The notes under the pieces were generated by a model. That model had not been told where the DNA came from. It worked only from the letters and a program-made list of their open reading frames with translations, and ran no database searches. The position numbers and the translations under genes were made by a program. Of a stretch of DNA of 64,000 nt, positions 1 to 12,822 are shown one piece after another. The first letter of the stretch is position 1. Each line of letters begins with the position of its first letter. The stretch is taken from the NCBI GenBank assembly GCA_964016885.1, contig OZ024741.1:91450001-91514000 (forward strand), given 5' to 3'. Source of the stretch: Eledone cirrhosa (lineage: Eukaryota).

Positions 1-2
1 TT

Positions 3-551
3 GTGGACGCTACCCCTGGAGGGAAATTAGCTAACCAGTGTAGAAAGGCCCTGAGAAAGACCCACTTAAAAATAAAGGTGGTAGAAAAGCCAGGAACCAC
101 CATAAAATCCCTGATCAGCAAAACCTACCCTTTTAAGAAAACCCACTGTACGAATAGGAAATGTATCATATGTAAGGTGAACCCCCGGATAAACTGTAAA
201 ACTAGAAACGTAGTCTATAGCATAAGATGTACAGAGGGTACTTGCAGAAACATGACAACAACATACATAGATGAGACAGCTCGTAGCATAGATGAAAGGA
301 TAGACCAACACTGGGGGGAACTAAAAGGACTAAAAAACGAGTCAGTACTATACGAACATGCTAGACAACAACATGACGGTAACATAGACAACATAGAAAT
401 TAGAATAATATCTAAGCATAGAAATGACCCAGCAGATAGGCAAATCAGAGAGGCCAGTGAAATAGAAATTAGAAGACCAAAGCTAAACAGAAAGAATGAG
501 TGGAATAACAACAACACCCAAACAAACAACACTGACCTAAGAGAAGTATAA
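3..551 (+). CDS. Penelope-like element C-terminal fragment with GIY-YIG endonuclease domain; 5' part lies outside the window
   Basis: Cys-rich linker (CTNRKCIIC...C), then NVVYSIRC...TYIDETARSIDERIDQH...LYEHARQQH...RQIREASEI..RPKLNRKNEW, the PLE GIY-YIG layout. YIG reads YID here, so the nuclease is possibly dead. Confidence 0.85.
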   Translation: MDATPGGKLANQCRKALRKTHLKIKVVEKPGTTIKSLISKTYPFKKTHCTNRKCIICKVNPRINCKTRNVVYSIRCTEGTCRNMTTTYIDETARSIDERIDQHWGELKGLKNESVLYEHARQQHDGNIDNIEIRIISKHRNDPADRQIREASEIEIRRPKLNRKNEWNNNNTQTNNTDLREV

Positions 552-810
552 ATAAGTAAATAAAATAGGATAAATAAATACACACACAAATACAATAACA
601 ACAAGCACATAAACACACATTAGTCACCCAGCAAACATAACACTATACACACTAGTCACACAGCAAACATAACACTATACACACACACAAACGCATGCGC
701 AAAGAAGACAAAATAAAATAAACAAACAAGCAAATAAATAAATAAATATATAGACAGACTAAATAAAAAAAATGGCGTAGACATACAACACAACAGGAGG
801 AAAATATAAC

Positions 811-851
811 ACCACTGACGATGTTGCAGATGTGCAACGAAAGATTTATGT
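811..851 (+). ncRNA. Degenerate minimal type-I hammerhead ribozyme in the PLE 3' region
   Basis: ACCA-CTGACGA-T-GTTGCA(GATG)TGCAAC-GAAA-GATT-TA-TGT. Core and 6-bp stem II are intact; stems I and III are each one change from canonical. Confidence 0.6.
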
Positions 852-1057
852 AAATTATGTAAACTATATATATGTGTTTGTGTCTATATTGTATCTGTAT
901 TATTTTTGACCGTCGGTCAGTCAATGGCAACATTGAGGACCGAGTAAGCTAGATTACAGATATAAAAGACAGCGAGAAGCGAAAACCAACCAAACAGTGA
1001 GTGTGTTCTGTTATTAATTCTGGCAATATTACACAAATATGACCCTCCCCAAGTATA

Positions 1058-1107
1058 ACATACATATATATATTTACATATATATATATACATACATATA
1101 TACATAC

Positions 1108-1164
<57 letters not shown>

Positions 1165-1233
1165 CATACATATATATATATATACATATATATATATACA
1201 TACATACATATATATATACATATATATATATAC

Positions 1234-1267
<34 letters not shown>

Positions 1268-1275
1268 ATACATAC

Positions 1276-1306
<31 letters not shown>

Positions 1307-1679
1307 CACATATATATATATATACACATATATATATATACATACATATATATATATACACATATATATATATATACATACAAATATATACATATACATA
1401 CATATACATATATATATATATACACATATATATATATATACATACATATATATACATATACATACATACACATATATATATATATACACATATATATATA
1501 TATACACATATATATATATACACATATATATATATATACACATATATATATATATACACATATATATATACACATATATATATATATATACACATATATA
1601 TATATATATACACATATATATATATATACATATATATATACATATATATATGTATACACATATATATATATATATACAC

Positions 1680-1710
<31 letters not shown>

Positions 1711-1830
1711 CACATATATATATATACACATATATATATATACATATATATATATATACATATATATATATACATATACATATATATATATACATATATA
1801 TATATATACATATATATATATACATATACA

Positions 1831-1862
<32 letters not shown>

Positions 1863-1899
1863 CATATACATATACATATATATATATACATATATATAT

Positions 1900-1938
<39 letters not shown>

Positions 1939-2193
1939 TATATATATATATATACACATATATATATATACATATATATATATACATATATACATATATA
2001 TATATACATATATATATATACATATATATATATACATATATATATATACATATATATATATACATATATATATACATATATATATATACATATATATATA
2101 TACATATATATATATACATATATATATATACATATACATATACATATATATATATACATATATATATGTATATATATATGTATATATATATGC

Positions 2194-2225
<32 letters not shown>

Positions 2226-2236
2226 GTATATATATG

Positions 2237-2283
<47 letters not shown>

Positions 2284-2284
2284 G

Positions 2285-2319
<35 letters not shown>

Positions 2320-2984
2320 GTATATGTATGTATATATATATGTATATATATATGTATATATATATATATATATATACATATATATATGTATATATATGTA
2401 TACATATATATACAGATATGTTGATTTAAAACTGCACTATCCACAAGTGTTTTTTAGCCTTCATATCATGTTCTCATGTTTTATTTGATGAAAACACAAA
2501 TATTATTGCATGATGATGTTTGTTTTTGAAATGCGCATAATAAAATACATGTAACTCCTTTAACCATCTTTTGATCTTATAATATGTATATATATATATA
2601 TATGTATATATATGTATATATATATGTATATATATATATATGTATATATATATGTATATATATATATATGTATATATATATGTATATATATATATATGTA
2701 TATATATATATACATATATGTATACATATATATATGTATATATATATGTATGTATATATATATATACATATATGTATACATATATATATGTATATATATA
2801 TATATATATATATACATATATGTATACATATATATATGTATATATATATATATATATACATATATGTATACATATATATATGTATACATATATATATATA
2901 TATATATACATATATATATACATATATATATGTATGTATATATATATATATATATATATACATATATGTATACATATATATATG

Positions 2985-3015
<31 letters not shown>

Positions 3016-3032
3016 GTATACATATATATATG

Positions 3033-3072
<40 letters not shown>

Positions 3073-3083
3073 TACATATATAC

Positions 3084-3138
<55 letters not shown>

Positions 3139-3159
3139 CATATATACATATATATATAC

Positions 3160-3220
<61 letters not shown>

Positions 3221-3303
3221 CATATATACATATATATATACATATATATATATATATACATATATACATATATATATACATATATATATATATACATATA
3301 TAC

Positions 3304-3346
<43 letters not shown>

Positions 3347-3353
3347 TACATAT

Positions 3354-3392
<39 letters not shown>

Positions 3393-3395
3393 TAC

Positions 3396-3440
<45 letters not shown>

Positions 3441-3874
3441 TACATATATATATATATACATATACATACATATACATATATATACATATATATATACATA
3501 TATATATATATATACATATATATACATACATATATATACATATATATATAAATATACATATATATACATACATATATATATATATACATATATATACATA
3601 TATATACATACATATATATATATATACATATATATACATACATATATATATATATACATATATATATATACATACATATATATATATACATACATACATA
3701 TATATATATATATACATACATACATATATATACATACATACATATATATATATACATACATACATATATATATATATATACATACATATATATATATATA
3801 TACATACATATATATATATATATACATACATATATATATATATACATACATATATATATATATATACATACATA

Positions 3875-3906
<32 letters not shown>

Positions 3907-3960
3907 CATATATATACATACATATATATATACATACATACATATATATATATACATACA
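1058..3960. repeat. Compound (TA)n/(TACA)/(TATG) microsatellite arrays, interrupted at 2417-2582
   Basis: Directly visible. Confidence 0.97.
2417..2582 (+). mobile_element. ~165-bp HHR-bearing repeat unit, copy 1 (core TTGATGA, C3U)
   Basis: Near-identical to 20407-20569 and 49741-49903, with the same boundaries. HHR at 2477-2547. Confidence 0.8.
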
Positions 3961-4003
3961 TGATGATGGCTGCCCCCTCGTTATCGAGTATGGCCATTGC
4001 ACA

Positions 4004-4072
<69 letters not shown>

Positions 4073-4083
4073 AATAAATAAAA

Positions 4084-4133
<50 letters not shown>

Positions 4134-4255
4134 TATACATATATATATATATACACATATATATACACACACACACACATACACATACATACATATATAC
4201 ACACACACATACATACACAAACACTCATACATATATACACACATACATTAATAAC

Positions 4256-4298
<43 letters not shown>

Positions 4299-4377
4299 GC
4301 AATAATAATAATAACGACAACAACAATAATAATATACATATTCATATATATATACACACACACGCACGCACATAAGC

Positions 4378-4419
<42 letters not shown>

Positions 4420-7400
4420 GATAGCAACTAACAGTGCTGCGATCGAATGTGGCTTTTTAGCCCAGCCAATGATCCAAAATGTCTTGCACAGAGTCGGCAA
4501 CCAAAACATTTACTGGGAATAGTCGGCTGTGGTTGGAGTTCGTGTACTTTTGCATGTCGCTTGAGTCCTCCTGCTGATTTACATTCTCTACCACATGTTT
4601 GGCAAGCATGATGAGTAGCATCTCCAACAGCAGCCTGGTAGTCAACCACTGGTCTTACTTTATGACTGCGAAGATGACTTTCGAGTCCAGCTTTGCTTAG
4701 GCAGAGTCTCGCACAGACGCTGCATGTCAGAAACATAGGAGGACCCTCGCCGTCTGGAAGTGCAACAGCAATACCCTTCCTCACGTCCCGCTTTACTTTC
4801 TCGTGTGCGATTCGAGATGCCTCAAAGGCAACTTTTCCCTCATATACAGTCTTTCTCCATTTATTACGATCAGCAGCAACATTTTCCCATGTATCAGCAG
4901 AGATGTTAGCGTCTCTCAGAGAGGCCTTCAAGGAATCCTTATACCTCTTTTTTGGTTTATGTGGCGGTCGTTTTCCTTTAACCAACTCTCCATAGAAGAG
5001 TTGTTTTGGTATTCTAGAATCCTTCATCCTGGCAAGGTGACCACTCCAACGGAGTCGCTGCTTAAGCACAAGAGCTTCTATACTGTCACACATAGAGCTT
5101 TCCAAAATCTCGACATCACTGATGTGGTCCCTCCAGTGAACGCCATGTATCCGTCTGAGACACATCTGATGGAAACGCTCCAATTGCTTAAGGTGGCGTC
5201 GATATGTGACCCAGGTCTCGCAGGCATAAAGAAGACAAGAGAGTACACATGCCCTGTACACCTTTACCTTTGTCCTCCTGCATATGTCTCGCCGACCCCA
5301 GAGTCGCCTTTCTAGCTTTCCGAAAGCATCACTTGCTTTCCTAATCCTAAGTGAGATTTCACTGTCAAGGTTGCCGTATCGATTGACAGTGCTTCCCAGG
5401 TAGACAAACTGATCAACCACTCCAAGTCGTTTGCCATACACATAGATGTTTGGTTCAGTGTACTGCCTACCAGGTGCAGGTTGGTACATGACGACGGTTT
5501 TCTTGAGACTGACAGTCAAACCCAGGGCAGTGCAAGCGTCAGAAAATACATTCAAAATGTGCTGCATATCACTCTCTGTGTGCGCTACAAGATCGCAATC
5601 ATCTGCATACAAGAGGTCTCTTATGACTGATGTAAATACTTTTGTCTTCGCAGCAAAGCGCCTGATGTTAAATATGCTGCCTGAGGTTCGATATCGGATG
5701 TAAACACCATGCTCGCAATTCCTGAATGCAATACAGAAAACCATTGCAAAGTATATGGCAAACAGGGTCGGTGCTGGAATATCCCCCTGTTTCACTCCAT
5801 TTTTTACTGAGATAGGCTCCGACATGTTACCTCCGACATTAACCCAAGCCTTCATGTCGTCATGGAAAGACCTAACTAAAGCAAGGAACTTATCAGGGCA
5901 ACCAAGTTTCTGGAGAACCTTCCATAATGCATCTCTGTTGACAGTATCGAAAGCCTTTGTCAGATCGACAAAAACCTGATACAGATCCAAGCCCTGTTCA
6001 ATGCACTTCTCCTGGAGCTGTCTAGCTGAGAAGATCATATCAGTAGTGCCGCGTCCAACACGAAAACCAGATTGACTTTCAGGAAGGACACAATCTGCAA
6101 TGTGTGTCAGCAGACGGTCCAGAAGCACCCTACATAAAACTTTCCCCACGACAGAAAGCAATGATATACCTCTGTAGTTCCCACAATCATTCCTGTTACC
6201 CTTTCCCTTGTACAAGACCACCATTACTGCATCTCTCCAGTCCTCAGGCACGGATTCATTAGCCCATATCCTTCCAAACAGAGAGTGAAGATGTTGCAGG
6301 AGTCTCTCACCACCATATTGTAGGAGCTCAGCATGTATGCCATCCATACCTGGAGATCTTCCACTGTTCAGCTTCGAAATAGCCACTGCAACCTCCACAA
6401 GTGTCGGAGGCTCTGCGAGAGCTACTTTCACAGGACTTTCCGGAATGAGATTGAGGAAATCTTCACTGACGACAGACGGCTGATTCAAAAGATCATCAAA
6501 GTGCTCTCGCCACCTTCGTAGAATTCCCTGTGAGTCACGAAGAAGTTCTTTGCCATCCCTGCTGCGAATCGGTGTCACCAGAGAAGAAGACGGTCCATAA
6601 ACCTCACGCAAGAGACTGTACAACAGCTTTGTGTTATTGCAATCAGACGCAGTTTGTATCTCACCAGCCTTCTCACTCCACCACTGATCCTTCATCTGAG
6701 AAAGACTCCGCCTAACACGTGATTTTACATCCCTGAGCTCCTCATGCAACGTATTCCTCTCCTGTGGTCTTGCCGTCAAGTAGCGTGACAGAGCGCGCCT
6801 CTTATCAGCCAACAAGTCATCTATATGCACATCTTTCTCATTAAACCAGTCCTGATGTTTTCTCTGCACCAATCCCAGAACACGTCTGCCTACATCATAA
6901 ACCGACTTTTTAAGGGTCGGCCAATCCTCACCAAGATCTGCAGCCTGCATCTCTTCTTCCAATGTCCTCTTCACATTTTTATCCTTAAGACGAGCAGCAT
7001 TCAATCTTTTGGGCAGGGTAACACCAGGAGCCCGGATTTTACGTTTGGTGATTAGATTCACTTTTGCGCGTACCAGGCGGTGGTCCGTCCAGCACTCAGC
7101 TCCACGAAGAACACGAACACACCGCACATCCTGTCTGTCACGCATCCTGACTAGGACGTAGTCCAAAAGATGCCATTCCTTAGATGCAGGATGCATCCAT
7201 GTGGTCTTGAATTTGTTCTTTTGTTGGAACATGGTGTTGGTAACACACAGATCCAGCTCCTCACACATCTGCAGCAAGAGCATACCATTGCTGTTACACT
7301 TTCCCACCCCATGCCTTCCGATTACATTCCATGTGTTAAAATCCCTACCCACTCTAGCATTAAAGTCACCAAGCACGATGACTTTGTCTGCCTGAGGGAT

Positions 7401-7982
7401 ATTTCTTAAAACACCTTTCAAGGCATGGTAAAAGGACAGTTTTTCTTCATCGACAGAATTCATAGTTGGAGCATACACACTCACCAGGGTAGCATATCTT
7501 CCCTTGTCCAGCGGAACTCTCATGGACATAAGACGCTCACTAATCCCCACTGGGAATTCTTCTAATTTATTCACCAGTACAGTCTTAACAGCAAATCCTA
7601 CCCCAGCCTCTCTTCTGGTTCCTTCATCTCTTCCTTTCCAGAAGAATGTATATTCTCCACAAAATTCCGTAAGATGACCATCTCCAGCTAACCTCGTCTC
7701 AGACAAAGCCACGATGTCAAGATCGTAACGTCGAAGCTCCTTCGCAACAAGAGTGGTCCTTCGTTCAGGACGCTCCAAAGAATCCCTGTCAAGCAGCGTC
7801 CGTACGTTCCAGCAGCCAAGACTAAATGCCCTGTTTGGCTCTATTACAATGGCACGATGACGGGCGGGCCCAGGTTGTGATAACTTGGGGCCCCTGCCCT
7901 TATTGCCAATGATCTCTTTTGTTCCAGAACCCAAATTGGCAATTATCTCGTTTACATTGTTCTGGAACATCATTGAATTGGG

Positions 7983-8016
<34 letters not shown>

Positions 8017-8021
8017 TAATA

Positions 8022-8061
<40 letters not shown>

Positions 8062-8362
8062 ACTATTAATAATTATTAATGCACTCGTGCAATGCCTGTG
8101 CGTGACGAATATTTTTAAAGTGAGGAAAGACTGTGCACTGAACCAATCCCACTCTCTGAGCGACAGTAGCTATAACCCGAAAAGAAGAAAAGATCAACAT
8201 CATCGGTAACTACTGAGCCGCAGGTTTTATATCGGAGTTAACCCAGTTTCCTGAGATGCCTTCTCCTAGAAGAATACCCTGACATGGGCTAGGGGTTCTT
8301 CACTCCCAGTGGTTTAACTGCGCGATCGGGCATCCAGCCCGATTATTTCTATGTCCCCGCGC
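3961..8362 (-). mobile_element. Near full-length RTE (BovB-like) non-LTR retrotransposon
   Basis: 5'UTR at ~8060-8362 is shared with copies at 14.1 and 28.5 kb. Single ORF. The 3' tail GCAATGGCCATACTCGATAACGAGGGGGCAGCCATCATC lies at 3962-4000. Both UTRs contain microsatellites. Confidence 0.85.
4428..7973 (-). CDS. RTE LINE ORF: apurinic-like endonuclease, reverse transcriptase and three C2H2 zinc fingers (~1181 aa from the first ATG after the T-run)
   Basis: APE motifs WNVRTL, LSETRL, VYAPT, LGDFNARVG, LDYVL, TDHRLV. RT motifs NYRGISLL, QSGFR, FVDLTKAFDTV, GVKQGD, LLYADD, YLGS. Fingers CSVC..HLRSH, CQTC..HAKVH, CRLC..HIRSQH. No internal stops. Confidence 0.95.
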   Translation of the reverse strand: MMFQNNVNEIIANLGSGTKEIIGNKGRGPKLSQPGPARHRAIVIEPNRAFSLGCWNVRTLLDRDSLERPERRTTLVAKELRRYDLDIVALSETRLAGDGHLTEFCGEYTFFWKGRDEGTRREAGVGFAVKTVLVNKLEEFPVGISERLMSMRVPLDKGRYATLVSVYAPTMNSVDEEKLSFYHALKGVLRNIPQADKVIVLGDFNARVGRDFNTWNVIGRHGVGKCNSNGMLLLQMCEELDLCVTNTMFQQKNKFKTTWMHPASKEWHLLDYVLVRMRDRQDVRCVRVLRGAECWTDHRLVRAKVNLITKRKIRAPGVTLPKRLNAARLKDKNVKRTLEEEMQAADLGEDWPTLKKSVYDVGRRVLGLVQRKHQDWFNEKDVHIDDLLADKRRALSRYLTARPQERNTLHEELRDVKSRVRRSLSQMKDQWWSEKAGEIQTASDCNNTKLLYSLLREVYGPSSSLVTPIRSRDGKELLRDSQGILRRWREHFDDLLNQPSVVSEDFLNLIPESPVKVALAEPPTLVEVAVAISKLNSGRSPGMDGIHAELLQYGGERLLQHLHSLFGRIWANESVPEDWRDAVMVVLYKGKGNRNDCGNYRGISLLSVVGKVLCRVLLDRLLTHIADCVLPESQSGFRVGRGTTDMIFSARQLQEKCIEQGLDLYQVFVDLTKAFDTVNRDALWKVLQKLGCPDKFLALVRSFHDDMKAWVNVGGNMSEPISVKNGVKQGDIPAPTLFAIYFAMVFCIAFRNCEHGVYIRYRTSGSIFNIRRFAAKTKVFTSVIRDLLYADDCDLVAHTESDMQHILNVFSDACTALGLTVSLKKTVVMYQPAPGRQYTEPNIYVYGKRLGVVDQFVYLGSTVNRYGNLDSEISLRIRKASDAFGKLERRLWGRRDICRRTKVKVYRACVLSCLLYACETWVTYRRHLKQLERFHQMCLRRIHGVHWRDHISDVEILESSMCDSIEALVLKQRLRWSGHLARMKDSRIPKQLFYGELVKGKRPPHKPKKRYKDSLKASLRDANISADTWENVAADRNKWRKTVYEGKVAFEASRIAHEKVKRDVRKGIAVALPDGEGPPMFLTCSVCARLCLSKAGLESHLRSHKVRPVVDYQAAVGDATHHACQTCGRECKSAGGLKRHAKVHELQPQPTIPSKCFGCRLCARHFGSLAGLKSHIRSQHC

Positions 8363-8822
8363 AAAAAAAAAAAAAAAAAAAAATTACTTATTGACACTTA
8401 TACGTACGACATACACACACACGCATACATATGCGTGCACACAGCAACACTCACACACACAACAAACACACACACACGCTACTCTACTCACTTACACGCA
8501 CACACACACATATATATATATATATATTACCGTCATTACTGATACAAGATTACCAGATTATGTCAACTGTTGACTTTCAAGAGTTTGTATAGTTGAAGCC
8601 GATCGTATTACAGTCCAGTATTACTATAATTGCTTTACAGCATAGAGTTATGGCTCTCCACGGAGTCAACAAAAGAGAGTACCAGTGATGCGCTGGCCAG
8701 TCGCTGGATCCGTGCCAAAAGCAGAAAAATTATTATTAAAGTTGTTCTTAAGGTCGCTGGTGATGGTGATGGCGACGGCGGTGGCGGTGGTGGTGGTGGT
8801 GGCAGTTGATGTTGTTGTTCTG

Positions 8823-8863
<41 letters not shown>

Positions 8864-9107
8864 GTTATTTTGAGTTTTTTTTTTTTCCTTTCTTTTTTTC
8901 TCCTTTTTTTTTTTTTTTTTTTTTCCCTTCCCTTTTCTTTTTTCTTTTCCCTTCCTTTTTTTATGTTTTGATGCCGCTGTTGTTGTTGTAATTGTTGTAA
9001 ATGTTCATTTCAGTTCATTCTGAAGCTGTTGTTGCTGTAAACATTAGTGCCGGTGTTGTTGTTGTTGTAGATGTTGGGGTTGAAATCTGGTTGTTTGACT
9101 GAGTGAT

Positions 9108-9219
9108 GTATATACACACATATACATACACACATATATATATATATATATATATACATACATATATATATACATACATACATATATATATATACATACA
9201 TACATATATATATACATAC

Positions 9220-9252
<33 letters not shown>

Positions 9253-9292
9253 CATACATACATATATACATATACATACATACATACATACA

Positions 9293-9328
<36 letters not shown>

Positions 9329-9457
9329 TACATATACATACATACATACATATATATATACATATACATACATACATACATATATATATACATATACATA
9401 CATACATACATATATATATACATATACATACATACATATATATATACATATACATAC

Positions 9458-9532
<75 letters not shown>

Positions 9533-9892
9533 CATACATATATATATATATATACATACATATATATATATATACATACATATATATATATATATATATA
9601 CATACATACATATATATATATATATACATACATATATATATATATATACATACATATATATATATACATACATACATATATATACATACATACATACATA
9701 TATATATACATACATACATATATATATACATACATACATATATATATACATACATACATATATATATATATACATACATACATACATATATATATACATA
9801 CATACATATATATACATACATACATACATATATATATACATACATACATATATATATATACATACATACATACATATATATATATATATACA

Positions 9893-9942
<50 letters not shown>

Positions 9943-10013
9943 CACATATATATATATATATATATATACATACATATATATATATATATATATACATACA
10001 TATATATATATAT

Positions 10014-10046
<33 letters not shown>

Positions 10047-10156
10047 CATACATATATATATATACATATATATATACATACATATATATATATACATACA
10101 TATATATATATACATACATATATATATATACATACATATATATATATACATACATA

Positions 10157-10197
<41 letters not shown>

Positions 10198-10372
10198 ACA
10201 TACATATATATATATATATACATACATATATATATATATACATAGATATATATATATATACATAGATATATATATATACATAGATATATATATATATATA
10301 CATACATATATTTATATACATACATATATATATATAGATACATACATATTTATTTCAGCATATATATATATA
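9108..10372. repeat. (TA)n/(TACA)n microsatellite array
   Basis: Directly visible. Confidence 0.95.
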
Positions 10373-10480
10373 TGCTGAAAAGTTCATAGGCTGACAGTGA
10401 AGAAGTGATGCTAGAGCTGTGACATCTTGCATGTATTAATTTCAACTCTTCGTATTAATAACTGCTTTGTTTCTTTTCAG
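10372..10480 (+). mobile_element. Mariner-like MITE end fragment
   Basis: TGCTGAAAAGTTC... resembles mariner-type terminal sequence and follows a TA array. No partner TIR seen. Confidence 0.35.
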
Positions 10481-10539
10481 TGCGCCCAGAATGCCAAATT
10501 TGGGAATAAATCCATATCTCTAACAAATTGACGCAAAGA

Positions 10540-11810
10540 AGTTCATTTAAAGCTGGTAGGAAGCATTTTGGCAAGCTGCAACTGATGGTGTTAAAACTAT
10601 TCAAAGAAAGTATCTAACTTTGAAGATATAACTTGATTTCTGTTTTTGGCATTTGATGCAAAAATTGTTTAATTGCCGTGATTTGTGCCTGGTGGAAAAA
10701 TAAATGTGTTAAATTTGTAAATGTTATCTATTACTTCATAGGGATGGATTTGGCATACTTAGAGAAGGTGTGTCTCTTTATGTCACTCTGGACCCAGCAA
10801 AAAAGATCTCATTTATATTGTCGTTTTATTATCGATTAGAATTGCAGCTAGCTAATAACGTTGTTTGGGTAAACCCTGTTCCAAAACAGCACCGCGTTTG
10901 CTCGTCTAGTTTCGTTGGTGGGAGCTATAGAGGATCGAGATGTGCTGTCTGTAGTATTTGAGCCTTCATTGGATATTATCAAAGAAATGTTTAACAGTGA
11001 TTGACATAAATGTGAATGTAACTTGCAAAACAGAGTTTCAATGATTGATGGAAAGATGGTATCTCTTCTTCAAGGTGACAGTGGTGCATTCTGTCATTTA
11101 TGCACTGTCATCCACACAAACTGATGCAAATGATACTTCATTGATATCTGATGGATTTCAGATAACAAAGGATTATAATTCCTGCAAGGAAGCGTGGGAA
11201 ACATTGGTTGCTGGCGAGATATATTCTAGCAGTTAAAGGCAGGGTCAGTGCGATGAAAACATTATAAAAGTAGATTTGCATTTTCTCAGTCCTTCACTTC
11301 AAACTGAGATCATTAGATTTTGCTCAAAGGATTTTGTATTACTTGGTTGTCGGTCAAACACATGGGGTGAAACTTGCAATCTATGGCAGTTTATTCAGCA
11401 TGCTAAGCAATAGTGCATTGACCATATCAGATCAACCCCTAGAATGATAATGAACTCACCTAGTGGAATAGGTGCGAACACCAATATAGGCTGACCGAAT
11501 TTTCAGTCCGAAAAGCCGCCAAAATATATGTCCGCACAGTTTGAACCTGGAAGACAAGGGCAATTATGAAATATTTTTGTCTCTGATCAACGTTATCACA
11601 CAATTAGTGAACCAGAAGAACGAAAAGAAGGCATTTGATGAGAGGGTAGTCATAATTTCATCAAATGTGTGCTCGGAACCTTTTGAATGGAATGGTGGGC
11701 AGTCAATTTCAAAATGGAGGAAAAATCCACTTGAAAGTTGAAACAAACACAGCCGCTCAATTTGTGGAGAAATAGACACACAACTTGATCACTCAAACAT
11801 AATGGTTCAG
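10540..11810 (+). pseudogene. Frameshifted Transib/RAG1-like DDE transposase relic
   Basis: Motifs in the correct order across frameshifts: VWVNPVP-NSTAFARLVSL (10861-10920); MIDGKMVSLLQGDSGAFCHLCT (11041-11106); FQITKDY..WETL..RQGQ; SVLHFKLRSLDFAQRILYYL (~11286-11345); SGIGANTN (~11462-11485); FHQMCA (~11657); GQSISKWRKNPLES*NKHSRS (11697-11759). Confidence 0.8.
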
Positions 11811-12478
11811 TTTCAACACAAGAGGAAAGCAAAATTACTTCCAGTTGTTTTACATAATCATTGAGTATGAGTATATTGAGTGTTGAACTTTATGTTTGTA
11901 TTAATCTAAAGGTCTGTACTGATTCAGATTCAAAATGTGTAATCTTTTCTACGTTCTCCTACATATATATTGGTTACTAACAAGCCTCTATATTATTTCT
12001 AAATGCCAATTATTGCTCAACATTAAGTCCCTGTCATATGGTGACTATTTTAGATGGAGTTGCCTCTCTAAAAGGTCAGGGTTTTAGACATGTACAGTTT
12101 GTTTCTGCCAGCACAAACTTTTCTTGATAACAGTGCCAAAAGCACCTGGTTACCTTGAATTGGACAATGGGGTAATGAAATGTCCCTAAATATTTATATT
12201 AAACATTCCAGCTCATTTCAGTATCATTGTATTAGGTACCGTCAAACAAAAGTGTAGCTTAACAGAAAAGTATGCGTTATTTTTATGGGGATCTGATCTG
12301 TTACAAGCTCCTACAAAGAACAAGCTCCTACAAAGAACATTCAAGTCAGCTTAAACTTCAGCTTTTAAGTCCTTCAAACTGAATTTTTGCTCGAAATCCA
12401 CAATAGCCAGACGATTCCAGAAAGTATTAACTCTATAGAGTGGAATGATGTGAAAGATTTAAAATTTTGGTTTTCTGT

Positions 12479-12529
12479 TGCGACCATTTCTGTTGGAAGC
12501 TCCGGGAGCTTCCAACAGAAATGGTCGCA
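12479..12529. repeat. Near-perfect ~50-bp palindrome upstream of an HHR
   Basis: TGCGACCATTTCTGTTGGAAGCTCC-G-GGAGCTTCCAACAGAAATGGTCGCA. Confidence 0.9.
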
Positions 12530-12576
12530 TTCTTTAAGGGTATGTCAATATTTATTTATAAAACAGCTCTATATTA

Positions 12577-12641
12577 TATTTTATCTGATGAAAGCAGACC
12601 ATAATTTAACATGGTGTCCTTGAAATATTTATAATGAAATA
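12577..12641 (+). ncRNA. Minimal type-I hammerhead ribozyme, intact core
   Basis: TATTTTAT-CTGATGA-AAG..ACCAT(loop)ATGGT..CTT-GAAA-TATTTA-TA-ATGAAATA. Stem I is 8 bp with one GU pair; AUA cleavage triplet. Confidence 0.75.
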
Positions 12642-12767
12642 AATATCGTTTTATAAATATAGTTTCCATTTGTTAATATATCGTATTTTTACTCCAATAA
12701 TTTGTTGAGTGCTTTATATCAGTTATAAAAATATTTGCTTGTTGTATCCCAACAATTTAAATAGAAC

Positions 12768-12822
<55 letters not shown>

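Noticed and set aside
4457-7409. Short ORFs overlapping the RTE ORF
   Set aside because: Antisense or alternative-frame shadows with no recognisable motifs.
7974-8063. Poly-Y/poly-F N-terminus of the 1211-aa ORF
   Set aside because: It is the translation of a (TAT)n/T-run microsatellite. The first plausible ATG is at 7973.
11810-12480. Possible RAG2-like gene or TIR downstream of the RAG1-like relic
   Set aside because: No kelch-like motifs or CAC/GTG heptamer terminus recognisable by eye.
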